From the NCBI GenBank assembly GCA_964522165.1, contig CAZFVV010000003.1:6908-70907 (forward strand): a DNA stretch of 64,000 bases. The letters are read 5' to 3'. The notes under the pieces are model-generated. The model ran no database searches and had not been told where the DNA came from. It saw nothing but the letters and a program-made list of their open reading frames with translations. The translations under genes were made by a program, and so were the position numbers. The DNA comes from an uncultured Calditrichaceae bacterium. Its GTDB lineage: Bacteria > Calditrichota > Calditrichia > RBG-13-44-9 > J075. Positions 47,045-56,201 of the stretch are shown piece after piece; position 1 is the first letter of the stretch; every line of letters begins with the position of its first letter.

Positions 47045-47200
47045 GACTGCCGGGAGACAACAAATACCATACCGGAACCGCTTATTCTTATATATTCGCA
47101 GAAAAAAGGGTTTTCTTGAACTCCCGGTTGTGTAACTTTTTTACAGCCGGTTCTGGCATTCCGGATCGGCGTTGGTTTTCTATGCTTCCGGCGCTTACTT

Positions 47201-48352
47201 TCACGCCTCGCGGTATTTTTCCAGGAAATTCTTTTTGTAGGCCACAAAGTTGTCTTTTAGAATCGCCTCCCGTGCCTCGCTCACCAGGGTCTGGTAAAAA
47301 TGTAGGTTGTGAATGGTTGCCAGCCGCAGCCCGTACATCTCGTTGACTTTGAAGGTGTGGTGCAAATAACCCAGGGAGTGGTTGCGGCAGGTGAAGCATT
47401 CGCAGCTTTCATCAATCGGCTGCGGGGCGGTTTTGTGCCCGGTATTGCGCAAATTCAGCCTGCCGCGCCGGGTAAAGACGGTTCCGTTGCGGGCGTTGCG
47501 GGTGGGGATCACGCAGTCGAACATATCCACGCCCAGCTCGATGCCCTCGATAATATCTCCCGGTTTGCCCACCCCCATCAGGTAGCGGGGACAGGGCGCG
47601 GGCAGGCGACCGGTGCAAAAATCGGTAATCCGGCGGCGGGTTTCCGCATCTTCCCCCACCGCCAGCCCGCCGATGGCATATCCTTCAAAGCCGATCTCGA
47701 GCAAGCCGCGCAAGCTTGCCTCCCGCAACTCCGGGTAAATTCCCCCCTGGATAATGCCAAACTGGAATTGCCGGTAGCCGTACAACGGCGCGGTGTTGGT
47801 AAATTGAACCCGGGCGCGTTCCGCCCATTGCAGGGTATGGCGGTGGGCGCTTTCCGCGGTTGAAAAATCGGAAGGATTCCCGGTAAGGTAATCCAGCACC
47901 ATCATTATATCCGATCCGATGGCGCGCTGGATGTCCACCACGTTTTCCGGGGTGAACAGGTGTTTGGAGCCGTCCCAGTGGGATTTGAATTCCACCCCGG
48001 CTTCAGTGATCCGTTTCAATTCCTCCAGACTGTAGATTTGGAAGCCCCCGCTGTCGGTCAAAATCGGCCCGCTCCAGCCGTTGAAGCGGTGCAGCCCCCC
48101 GAATTCCCGTAAAATCTCCAAACCCGGGCGCAGGTATAAATGATAGGTATTGCCCAGGATGATGCGGGTGCGGCATTGGCGCAGCTCCTGCGGGGAGACG
48201 GTTTTGACCGTGCCGATGGTGCCCACGGGCATAAACGCCGGGGTGGGCGCTTCGCCGTGGTCAGTGGATAGTTTTCCCGCCCGGGCTTTGCAGCGGGCGT
48301 CGGTGTGCTGAAGCTCGAAGATCATAACCCTTGCGGCGCCGTTAGGAAGCAA
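47201..48352 (-). CDS. tgt: queuine tRNA-ribosyltransferase (tRNA-guanine transglycosylase)
   Basis: 383 aa; FELQHTDARCKARAGKLSTDHGEAPTPAFMPVGT...; zinc site CxCxxC...H (CECFTCRNHSLGYLHH). Confidence 0.9.
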   Translation of the reverse strand: MLPNGAARVMIFELQHTDARCKARAGKLSTDHGEAPTPAFMPVGTIGTVKTVSPQELRQCRTRIILGNTYHLYLRPGLEILREFGGLHRFNGWSGPILTDSGGFQIYSLEELKRITEAGVEFKSHWDGSKHLFTPENVVDIQRAIGSDIMMVLDYLTGNPSDFSTAESAHRHTLQWAERARVQFTNTAPLYGYRQFQFGIIQGGIYPELREASLRGLLEIGFEGYAIGGLAVGEDAETRRRITDFCTGRLPAPCPRYLMGVGKPGDIIEGIELGVDMFDCVIPTRNARNGTVFTRRGRLNLRNTGHKTAPQPIDESCECFTCRNHSLGYLHHTFKVNEMYGLRLATIHNLHFYQTLVSEAREAILKDNFVAYKKNFLEKYREA

Positions 48353-48775
48353 GAATTTTCAATCGTGATGCGTGAAGCGTGAAACGCGATGCGAGATACC
48401 CGGGCAGCATTGGGAGATCACGGGTGTCACGCTTCCCGCACTACGCCTCACCCCCCTGCTACCCGCGGATCGCGTTTTACACCTGCGGAGGCCAAAAATA
48501 CGGCGCTATTCCGTTCATTCAAAATGGAATTCTACGGCGGTAGAAATACATTTTTCCCTTGATCCTCAACCTTTGCATGATATATTCGATAATGCAAACA
48601 AACGAATGAGGGTTTAAGATTTTCTCCCGCATTCGCCGGAAAAAGGGGAGTAACGGATGGTTAAACGGTTAAACGGTTGGATCGCAATTTAACTATTTAA
48701 CTACGAAATCATCAATCTCACTCACCCTTCCGATCAGCGGCAATTTTTTTGCCGGGGGTGATTCACTAAGGGTCT

Positions 48776-49450
48776 ATGAACGCAAAAAAAATATATTATT
48801 CTGCAAAGTCTGCCTTTCAGCATCACGCGCCTTATTACCGGCGAGGTTTTTTCCACTTTTTTCGCCGCAGGGGAGCCGACGCCGCGCTCCTGCGCCCCGG
48901 GGCGCTTTCTGCGGAGCAGGTGAAGCGGCAGATTCAGGCCATCGGCGCCGGCAAAGTTGTGGAACTCTACCGCATCGGGTATGACGGGGAACTCGACGAT
49001 ATGCCGGTGATCGTGGAAATCACGCGTATCTCCCCGCAGGGATTCTCCGGCAAAATCATCAACGTGGAACGGAAGATCATCGAAGAGACTTCCCGAACCA
49101 TGGTGTACGCCCGGCGGGGAGGGGGAATCATCGACTTCCTCTACGACGATGGCGACGTAAAAGAAATCCGCATCAACCAGGACGCGGAAGAGCTTTCCGA
49201 AGCGCGGGATCTCTCCGGGTTGAAGGATGTTCTGGCCGCCCTGGAACCGAAAGATCGCATTCTGGTCGCTTACTACGATCAAAAACACCGCGGAACCGTG
49301 AACGTGGAGGGAACGCTGATGGCAAAATCCTTTGCCAATACCCGCTTCAAGATGGTTGTCGAGAAGATCAACGGCATCGAGCTGGAGAAAAAGAATGAGA
49401 AGCTGTTCGACATCGAGCAGGACCTGGTCGTTGATATCGCCATCTGTTGA
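48776..49450 (+). CDS. hypothetical protein (true start possibly internal)
   Basis: 224-aa ORF with no recognisable motif; codon usage consistent with the genome; first gene of the nusG-like/epimerase cluster. Confidence 0.35.
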   Translation: MNAKKIYYSAKSAFQHHAPYYRRGFFHFFRRRGADAALLRPGALSAEQVKRQIQAIGAGKVVELYRIGYDGELDDMPVIVEITRISPQGFSGKIINVERKIIEETSRTMVYARRGGGIIDFLYDDGDVKEIRINQDAEELSEARDLSGLKDVLAALEPKDRILVAYYDQKHRGTVNVEGTLMAKSFANTRFKMVVEKINGIELEKKNEKLFDIEQDLVVDIAIC

Positions 49451-49692
49451 ACCCCTTCCGGCAGGCCCCTTCGCCCGGTTTCCCTCTCCGAAATAAAAAT
49501 ATCTCCCCAAACTTGGCAAATATCACGGTTGAGGGGGGCGCGGGCGGTTAAACTTGTGCCGGTTTTTTTTGACAGGATTCACCTGGCGGCAATCGCTACG
49601 GGAGCGCGCCCGGCGGGAAAATGTTTTTTGGGCCAGCCTAAAAAACCGCAATTATCCATTAACGAGAACGTTTCGATTTCGAGGATGACGGA

Positions 49693-50214
49693 ATGTACTG
49701 GTATGCTCTCTATACGCGCCCGCGCCATGAGAAGAAGGTGTTCCAGCAATTGCTTGAAAAAAAGGTCGAATCCTTTCTGCCGCTGCAAAAAGAGTTGCGC
49801 AAATGGAAAGACCGCCGCAAGCTGGTGGAAACCCCCCTGTTTCACGGGTACGTGTTCATTCACCTTGATTTGAAAGACCGGCTGGCCGCGCTGCAAACCC
49901 CCGGCGTGGTGCGCTTGATCGCGTTCGGGGGAGAGCCGGCGCGCATACCGGACTGGCAAATCGAGCAGTTGAAACGAGTTATCGAATCCGCCGAAGCCCT
50001 GCGCCCGGAAGAATACCTGAAAGCCGGCGATTACGTGGAAATTACCGACGGCCCCCTGGCAGGAGTTCGCGGCTACCTGCGGGAAACCCGCGGGGAGTCG
50101 CGGGTAGCTATTTTGCTCGACGGTATTTACCAGTCCACCAGCTTTGTGGTAAAACAGGAGCAGGTGCGCAAGCTGAAACCGGCGGAATATGAGATGGCGC
50201 CGGGTGAGAAGTGA
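49693..50214 (+). CDS. NusG-paralog transcription antiterminator, UpxY-like
   Basis: 173 aa; NGN domain (WYALYTRPRHEKKV...) and KOW motif GDYVEITDGPLAGVRGYL; immediately followed by a sugar epimerase gene, as in Bacteroidota polysaccharide loci. Confidence 0.7.
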   Translation: MYWYALYTRPRHEKKVFQQLLEKKVESFLPLQKELRKWKDRRKLVETPLFHGYVFIHLDLKDRLAALQTPGVVRLIAFGGEPARIPDWQIEQLKRVIESAEALRPEEYLKAGDYVEITDGPLAGVRGYLRETRGESRVAILLDGIYQSTSFVVKQEQVRKLKPAEYEMAPGEK

Positions 50215-50248
50215 AAAGTGAGATGGAAAGAAAAGAAGGGATACGGAT

Positions 50249-51199
50249 ATGCGTTATTTGATCACAGGAGGTGCTGGTTTTATAGGATCGAACCTAACTG
50301 AAGAACTGGTTCGCCGGGGCCGCCAGGTTCGGGTGTTCGACAATTTTTCTACCGGAAGACGCGAAAACCTGGGCGATTTTCTCGATAAAATTGAAATCAT
50401 CGAAGGCGATTTGCGCAATTACCATAACGTGCGGGAAGCGGTCGAAGGAATGGATTTTGTGCTCCACCAGGCCGCGCTGCCTTCGGTGCCACGCTCGGTC
50501 AGCGATCCCATATCTTCAAACGACGTCAACGTTTCCGGCACTTTGAACCTGCTCCACGCCGCCAAAGACGCGAAAGTCAAACGGCTGGTATTTGCCTCAT
50601 CTTCCTCGGTGTACGGCGACAGCCCTACCCTCCCGAAGCATGAGAATATGGTTCCCGACCCGTTGTCTCCGTACGCGGTTTCCAAATTGGCCGGGGAAAA
50701 ATACTGCCAGGTGTTTTCCCGCATTTACGGGCTGCACACCGTTTCACTGCGCTATTTCAACGTGTTCGGGCCGCGCCAGAATCCCGACTCCCAGTACTCC
50801 GCGGTGATTCCCAAATTCATCAAAGCAATTCTCTTCGACCAGCGCCCGGTGATTTTCGGCGACGGGGAACAGAGCCGCGACTTTACTTACATCTCCAACA
50901 CCGTGGAGGCCAACATTTTAGCCGCGGAAGCGGAGTGCCCCCCGGGAATGGTGATGAATTGCGCCGTTCACCAGCGCACCAACCTGAATGAGCTGGTAGC
51001 GATGATCAATAAAATCCTGGGGAAGAATATTCAACCGCTTTATGAAAAACCGCGCCCCGGCGACGTGAAGCACTCCTTTGCGGACATCAGCCTGCTAAAG
51101 AAAACCCTGAATTATGAACCCGGCGTTCTGTTTGAAGAGGGATTGCGGCGCACCATCCGCTGGTACCAACAGTTATATACTTCACGCGGGATTAAATGA
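50249..51199 (+). CDS. NAD-dependent epimerase/dehydratase (UDP-sugar 4-epimerase, WbpP/GalE-like)
   Basis: 316 aa; Rossmann GGAGFIGSNL; catalytic YAVSK (YxxxK). Confidence 0.85.
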   Translation: MRYLITGGAGFIGSNLTEELVRRGRQVRVFDNFSTGRRENLGDFLDKIEIIEGDLRNYHNVREAVEGMDFVLHQAALPSVPRSVSDPISSNDVNVSGTLNLLHAAKDAKVKRLVFASSSSVYGDSPTLPKHENMVPDPLSPYAVSKLAGEKYCQVFSRIYGLHTVSLRYFNVFGPRQNPDSQYSAVIPKFIKAILFDQRPVIFGDGEQSRDFTYISNTVEANILAAEAECPPGMVMNCAVHQRTNLNELVAMINKILGKNIQPLYEKPRPGDVKHSFADISLLKKTLNYEPGVLFEEGLRRTIRWYQQLYTSRGIK

Positions 51200-51430
51200 G
51201 ACTTTTGAGGGGTATATTCCTCACTGAAGTGAGGTAATCTTTGATTGCCACGCTTCAGCGTGTGAAAAACGAATGAGTGCAAGTGTACGTCTTCTCAAAA
51301 AAGTCTCATTTATGACCGCGTAAAGTATATCTCCCGAAGAAGCCGGTATCGCCTCCCTGGCAATCTGAGCGGCGGCGGTTTTCAGCAATCGGGTATCACC
51401 CAAAGCGAAATTTCTGGCCATTTTTCGATT

Positions 51431-52291
51431 ATGATCGATCTCCACACCCACAGCACCTACTCCGACGGCACCTTCACTCCGCAAGAACTGCTCCATGAAG
51501 CCGCCCGCCTGGGTCTTTCCGCCCTCGCCCTCACCGACCACGATACCATCGACGGGGTGGCGGAGTTCATGGAGTGGGGGAAGCGCTGCGGCGTCGTTAC
51601 CGTGCCGGGAGTGGAAATCAGCGTGGACAGCAAACTGCCCAACAACGGCCACATGCACCTGCTGGGTTTGTTCATCGATCCTTTTTCCATCCATCTCAAA
51701 GAAACTCTCCGCTACCTCCTAACTCAGCGCAACCTCCGGGCGGAGAAGATCATCCGCAAGCTGAACGAGCTGAATGTTCCCGTCACCGTGGAAGAATTGC
51801 TCGCCGAGGCAGGGGAGGGGGCCATCGGGCGCCCCCACATCGCCAAAATCCTGCTGCGCCGGGGCGTGGTCGGCTCTATTCAAGAGGCGTTCGATGTGTA
51901 CCTGGCAAAGGGGAAACCCGCTTACATCGACAAACAGACCCTCGGCGAGGAAGCGGCCTTGAAGCTGATTCGCGACGCCGGGGGTTTATCCATCCTGGCC
52001 CATCCCCATTTGATGAACTATGATAGCTTTGCAGAGGCGCGCGGGAAGATCTTGGAGTTAAAAAAACTGGGGCTGGACGGGTTGGAAGCCTATTATTCCG
52101 GCATGCCCCGGGAATACACCGAAAAGCTGCTCGCCCTGGCGGAAGAAGAGGGCTTCGTCATCTCCGGGGGCAGCGATTTTCACGGCCTCAACAAAGATTC
52201 CGTGCGCATGGGCAGCGGAAAAGATAACGATTTGCAGGTACCTGACGAGGTGCTGGCCAGCCTGGAAGAGCGCCGCAAAGCCCGGCATTAG
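51431..52291 (+). CDS. PHP-domain phosphoesterase (TrpH/YciV/RNase AM-like)
   Basis: 286 aa; MIDLHTHSTYSDGTFTPQELLHEAARLGLSALALTDHDTIDG metal-binding motifs. Confidence 0.75.
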   Translation: MIDLHTHSTYSDGTFTPQELLHEAARLGLSALALTDHDTIDGVAEFMEWGKRCGVVTVPGVEISVDSKLPNNGHMHLLGLFIDPFSIHLKETLRYLLTQRNLRAEKIIRKLNELNVPVTVEELLAEAGEGAIGRPHIAKILLRRGVVGSIQEAFDVYLAKGKPAYIDKQTLGEEAALKLIRDAGGLSILAHPHLMNYDSFAEARGKILELKKLGLDGLEAYYSGMPREYTEKLLALAEEEGFVISGGSDFHGLNKDSVRMGSGKDNDLQVPDEVLASLEERRKARH

Positions 52292-52449
52292 GAAAATCGC
52301 TTTGGAGGGATTCTCCCTTCATTTCCCACTATTTTTCAAAATTTACCAGGAATGTAACCGGACTGCAATTTAGTGCAATTATATTCCCAGTTGCCCCGGG
52401 TAAGACGGCAAATTTCCCCGGGGAATCTTCAAAACATGGGAGATGCACA

Positions 52450-52755
52450 ATGCAGTCCGATGAATCCCCGAAACGTAACACCGTTTACCTTTTCTTCTTT
52501 GGCGTGCTCGACGACGATGACGTCGAAACCTTCAACCGGCAGTTCAAATTGCTCCTCAAACCAAACGTTCGGGAAGTGGTCTTTAATTTTTCCAGCGTTA
52601 CCGGTTTCGCCAGGCCGGCCTTGAACGTGTTCGATGAATTTTACCATTCCTTGCTCAACAAGGGCAAAGCGGTGCGCATCGAAGGCGTTAACGATTATGT
52701 CGCCGAGTGTTTCCGGTCTCTGGACCTGGAAATTCCGGCGGCGCTGCCGGTTTGA
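52450..52755 (+). CDS. STAS-domain protein (anti-sigma-factor-antagonist-like)
   Basis: 101 aa; size and hydrophobic pattern of SpoIIAA-like STAS; low sequence-level certainty. Confidence 0.45.
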   Translation: MQSDESPKRNTVYLFFFGVLDDDDVETFNRQFKLLLKPNVREVVFNFSSVTGFARPALNVFDEFYHSLLNKGKAVRIEGVNDYVAECFRSLDLEIPAALPV

Positions 52756-53043
52756 AACGCTTAGAATGCTGCGTGATGCGTGAACCGTGAAACGTGAGAG
52801 TTCATCATCGCCAGTATTTACGGGTCCCGCATCCCGCAACACCTTTCTCGCTGCACGCCCGGATAGGCCTGCTTATCCGCGTCCTCTTACTATTTTCATT
52901 ACATTGCCTTCCCGCAACCCTCCCGTCGCCCAACCTTAGTGATCCTATCACCTTTCTTTAACCGCTTTGTAATATTTCTCCCCTAAACTGTCTTGCCTGA
53001 TTTAATACAGTCAAACAATTTTCACTTATTACGGGAGAAAAAA

Positions 53044-56000
53044 ATGAAACGAACCCTGTACCAGGCGAATGCCAGACTCCGAGAACGGGGACGTTGGCGG
53101 CTTTCCGATGTTAGAATGCCCGTAACGCTCTTCTCGATCCTGTTTACACTCCTTGCCAGCTTTTTACCGAACGCTCTTCCGGCCCAGGACCTTGCTCCCG
53201 GGCGGGTGCTCGGGAAATTAGTGGACGCCGAATCCGGCGATCCCCTGATCGGCGCAAACGTGCTGCTGGAGGGCACTACCCTGGGCGCGTCATCGGACCT
53301 GGACGGGGCTTTTATTATTATGGATGCGCCCCCGGCAGTTTACACCGTGGTGGTCATGTATGTCGGTTACTCGGAAACCCGGGTAGAAAACGTGAAAGTG
53401 CTGCCGGGGCAGGCGGTCAAGCTGGATCTTTCGATCAAACCGGAGGTGATCGAATCCGAAGCGGTGGTGGTGGAAGCCACCTTGATGAAGGATACCGAAG
53501 CTTCCCTGCTGAAAAAGCGCCAGAAATCCGTGGCCATCAGCGACGCCATCAGCGCCGAGGCGATTACCCGCTCCGGCAGCGGCAACGCCGCGGAGGCAAT
53601 GTCCCAGGTGACCGGCGCTTCCGTGGTGGATGGGAAATACGTCTATATCCGGGGACTGGGGGAGCGCTACAGCGCCACCATGCTGAACGGCGCGGAGCTT
53701 CCCAGCGCCGACCCGGAGAAAAAAGCGGTGCAGATGGACCTGTTCCCTTCCAACCTGCTGGATAACATCGTAACCGTCAAAACCTTTACCCCGGATAAAC
53801 CGGGCAACTTTACCGGGGGAATGGTGGACGTGAGCACCAAATCCTACCCGGAAAAACGCACCTTCAAATTGTCCGCCGGTTCGGCTTACAACACCCGGGC
53901 CAGCCTGAATTCCGGGTATCTCACCTATGCCGGCAGCACCTCGGACTGGCGAGGCGTGGATGACGGCCTGCGGGCGCTGCCTGCGGAGCTTCAGCAAAGC
54001 CCTGCCCCGCCCAATGGCGCCAGCAGCACCACCCGGAAAAACCCGGAGCTGGCCAACCAATTAGACCAGGCCAGCAAAGCATTCGCGCCGGTGATGGCGC
54101 CCTCTGCCGGGAAATCCGCCCTCGACGGCTCGCTCTCCCTTTCCCTGGGAGACCAGGCCAGCCTGTTCGGCCGCCCCTTCGGATACCTGGCCAGTTTTTC
54201 TTATAATCACAGCTATTCGTATTATAATGAAGGGCAGACCGGGAGATGGAAGTTAGGAACCAGCGTATCCGATACCGACTCCCTGACCTCGCAAGTGACT
54301 CTGAAAGATGAGAAGGGCAGCGATGAAGTGCTCTGGGGCGGCTTGCTCACCGCGTCTTCCAAAATTCACCCCAACCATGAAATCGGTTTCAACTTTTTAT
54401 ATACCCGCTCCGGGGAATCGACTTCCCGTTACTTATTGGGCAACTGGCCGGAGCAATTCGGGGCGGACGCCACCAATACCTTCTTCGAGACCCGGGCGCT
54501 GGGTTGGGTAGAACGGAACCTGCAATCCTACCAGTTGTCCGGGGAGCACTATTTCAGCGGTTTATTGGGGATGAAGATCGACTGGCGCGGCGCCCTCACC
54601 CAAAACACCCAGGATGAGCCGGACATCCGCTACTTTTCCGATCACTATTCGATTCGCAACGTCGCCGGAACCGATCGCGATACGGTATTGTACTCCATCA
54701 CCCCTTCCAATTATCCCCAGCCGGCCCGTTACTTTCGCAATCTGGAAGAAGACGGCCAAAACGGGGCGGTGAACCTGGAAGTTCCCTTCAAAAACTGGAA
54801 CAGTATCGCCGGCAAATTCAAAATCGGGGGATTTTATAGCGAAAAAAACCGGGATTTTGAAGAAACCCGCTATGAATACCAGCGCCCTCCTAACATCCGC
54901 TATAGCGGGGATTCGGAGGCGTTCTTTGCGGCTGAAAACATGGGCATCATCGGTTACGACAGCACCCGCAACGAATACATTTTTGGGAACTACATCCAGT
55001 TGTCGCCCGATCCCCGGGGCGGCAACTACGCGGGAGCGGAGCGGATTTCCGCCGCCTACGGGATGGTCGAAATCCCCTTGCTGCAACGGCTGCGCTTCAT
55101 CGGCGGGGCGCGCTTCGAGGCTACCCGCATGGAAGTATCCAGCCCCAATACCAGCCTGCCGGACAGCCTGCGAAAAGGTGAGTTAACGGGGAATGACTGG
55201 CTGCCTTCGCTGAATTTTATTTACCTGCTTTCCCGGGACATGAACCTGCGCCTGGCTTACGGCCGCACCCTGGCCCGCCCCACCCTGCGGGAAATGGCCC
55301 CCTATTCCAGCTTTGAATTCGTGAATGATTACCAGTTTACCGGCAATGTGAACTTGGAAAGAAGCCTGATCGATAACTTCGACGTACGCTGGGAATGGTT
55401 CGACCGCGCCGGGGAAATTTACGCCGTCAGCGTTTTTTACAAACAGTTCAAAAACCCCATCGAACGCACCATCATCGCCGAGAGCAGCGCCGATAACCCG
55501 GAAGTTACTTACGCGAACGTGGATAAGGGCGCCGTTATCGGGGTGGAAATCGAAACCCGTAAAAAACTGGATATTGTCCATCCCTGGCTGGCGAATTTCC
55601 GCTTAGGGTTCAACCTGGCGGTGGTGAACTCCCGGGTGGATATACCGGCGGAAAAGTTAGACCAGATCCGCCAGGTTGACCCGGGCAGGAGCGAATTCAC
55701 AGAGAATACCCGCCCACTGCAAGGCCAGTCTCCCTACCTGCTCAACCTGAGCCTGGCTTATGATAATTTCACAACCGGCACCACCGCAGACCTCCACTAT
55801 AACGCTTTTGGGGATCGCCTGGCGGAAGTGACCAGCAACGCGACCCCGGACGTTTACGAAAAATCGCGCAGCAGCCTGAATTTTACCCTGGGCCAGCGGA
55901 TATTAGGCGGTTTGAGCATGAACATCCGGGCGATGAACCTGCTCGACGCCGCGATACGCTTTACCCACGAATACAAAGGTGTCGAATACGTCCGCCGGGA

Positions 56001-56049
56001 ATACAAAACCGGGCGCCGGTTTTCGTTCGGCTTCAGTTATGAATTGTAA
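53044..56049 (+). CDS. TonB-dependent receptor, SusC/RagA-like (carboxypeptidase-regulatory-like N-domain, plug, beta-barrel)
   Basis: ATG at 53044 preferred over the TTG-extended ORF; signal peptide; LGKLVDAESGDPLIGANVLLEGTTLGASSDLDGAFII (CarbopepD_reg); plug; C-terminal barrel ending RFSFGFSYEL. Confidence 0.8.
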   Translation: MKRTLYQANARLRERGRWRLSDVRMPVTLFSILFTLLASFLPNALPAQDLAPGRVLGKLVDAESGDPLIGANVLLEGTTLGASSDLDGAFIIMDAPPAVYTVVVMYVGYSETRVENVKVLPGQAVKLDLSIKPEVIESEAVVVEATLMKDTEASLLKKRQKSVAISDAISAEAITRSGSGNAAEAMSQVTGASVVDGKYVYIRGLGERYSATMLNGAELPSADPEKKAVQMDLFPSNLLDNIVTVKTFTPDKPGNFTGGMVDVSTKSYPEKRTFKLSAGSAYNTRASLNSGYLTYAGSTSDWRGVDDGLRALPAELQQSPAPPNGASSTTRKNPELANQLDQASKAFAPVMAPSAGKSALDGSLSLSLGDQASLFGRPFGYLASFSYNHSYSYYNEGQTGRWKLGTSVSDTDSLTSQVTLKDEKGSDEVLWGGLLTASSKIHPNHEIGFNFLYTRSGESTSRYLLGNWPEQFGADATNTFFETRALGWVERNLQSYQLSGEHYFSGLLGMKIDWRGALTQNTQDEPDIRYFSDHYSIRNVAGTDRDTVLYSITPSNYPQPARYFRNLEEDGQNGAVNLEVPFKNWNSIAGKFKIGGFYSEKNRDFEETRYEYQRPPNIRYSGDSEAFFAAENMGIIGYDSTRNEYIFGNYIQLSPDPRGGNYAGAERISAAYGMVEIPLLQRLRFIGGARFEATRMEVSSPNTSLPDSLRKGELTGNDWLPSLNFIYLLSRDMNLRLAYGRTLARPTLREMAPYSSFEFVNDYQFTGNVNLERSLIDNFDVRWEWFDRAGEIYAVSVFYKQFKNPIERTIIAESSADNPEVTYANVDKGAVIGVEIETRKKLDIVHPWLANFRLGFNLAVVNSRVDIPAEKLDQIRQVDPGRSEFTENTRPLQGQSPYLLNLSLAYDNFTTGTTADLHYNAFGDRLAEVTSNATPDVYEKSRSSLNFTLGQRILGGLSMNIRAMNLLDAAIRFTHEYKGVEYVRREYKTGRRFSFGFSYEL

Positions 56050-56121
56050 TCTCAGGGTTCAAGTGTTCATGTGTTTGCGTGGTTTGGGCGCTGATACTCG
56101 GTGCTTGATGCTTGACAGGTA

Positions 56122-56170
56122 CTCAAAACTCAAAACTCGAAACTCAAAACTCAAAACTCGAAACTCAAAA
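56122..56170. repeat. 7-bp tandem repeat x7 (CTCAAAA/CTCGAAA; 21-bp higher-order period) 32 bp upstream of a T9SS cargo gene
   Basis: ctcaaaactcaaaactcgaaactcaaaactcaaaactcgaaactcaaaa. Confidence 0.8.
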
Positions 56171-56201
56171 CTAAGATCATAAACTAACCATAGGAGGTTC
56201 T

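Noticed and set aside
48776-49450. Possible defence or toxin role for the hypothetical protein upstream of the NusG paralog
   Set aside because: No recognisable catalytic or binding motif could be read from the sequence. It is left as hypothetical.
52993-53043. TTG-initiated 5' extension of the TonB-dependent receptor ORF
   Set aside because: An in-frame ATG at 53044 is immediately followed by a basic N-region and hydrophobic signal peptide. The extension adds only non-signal residues.
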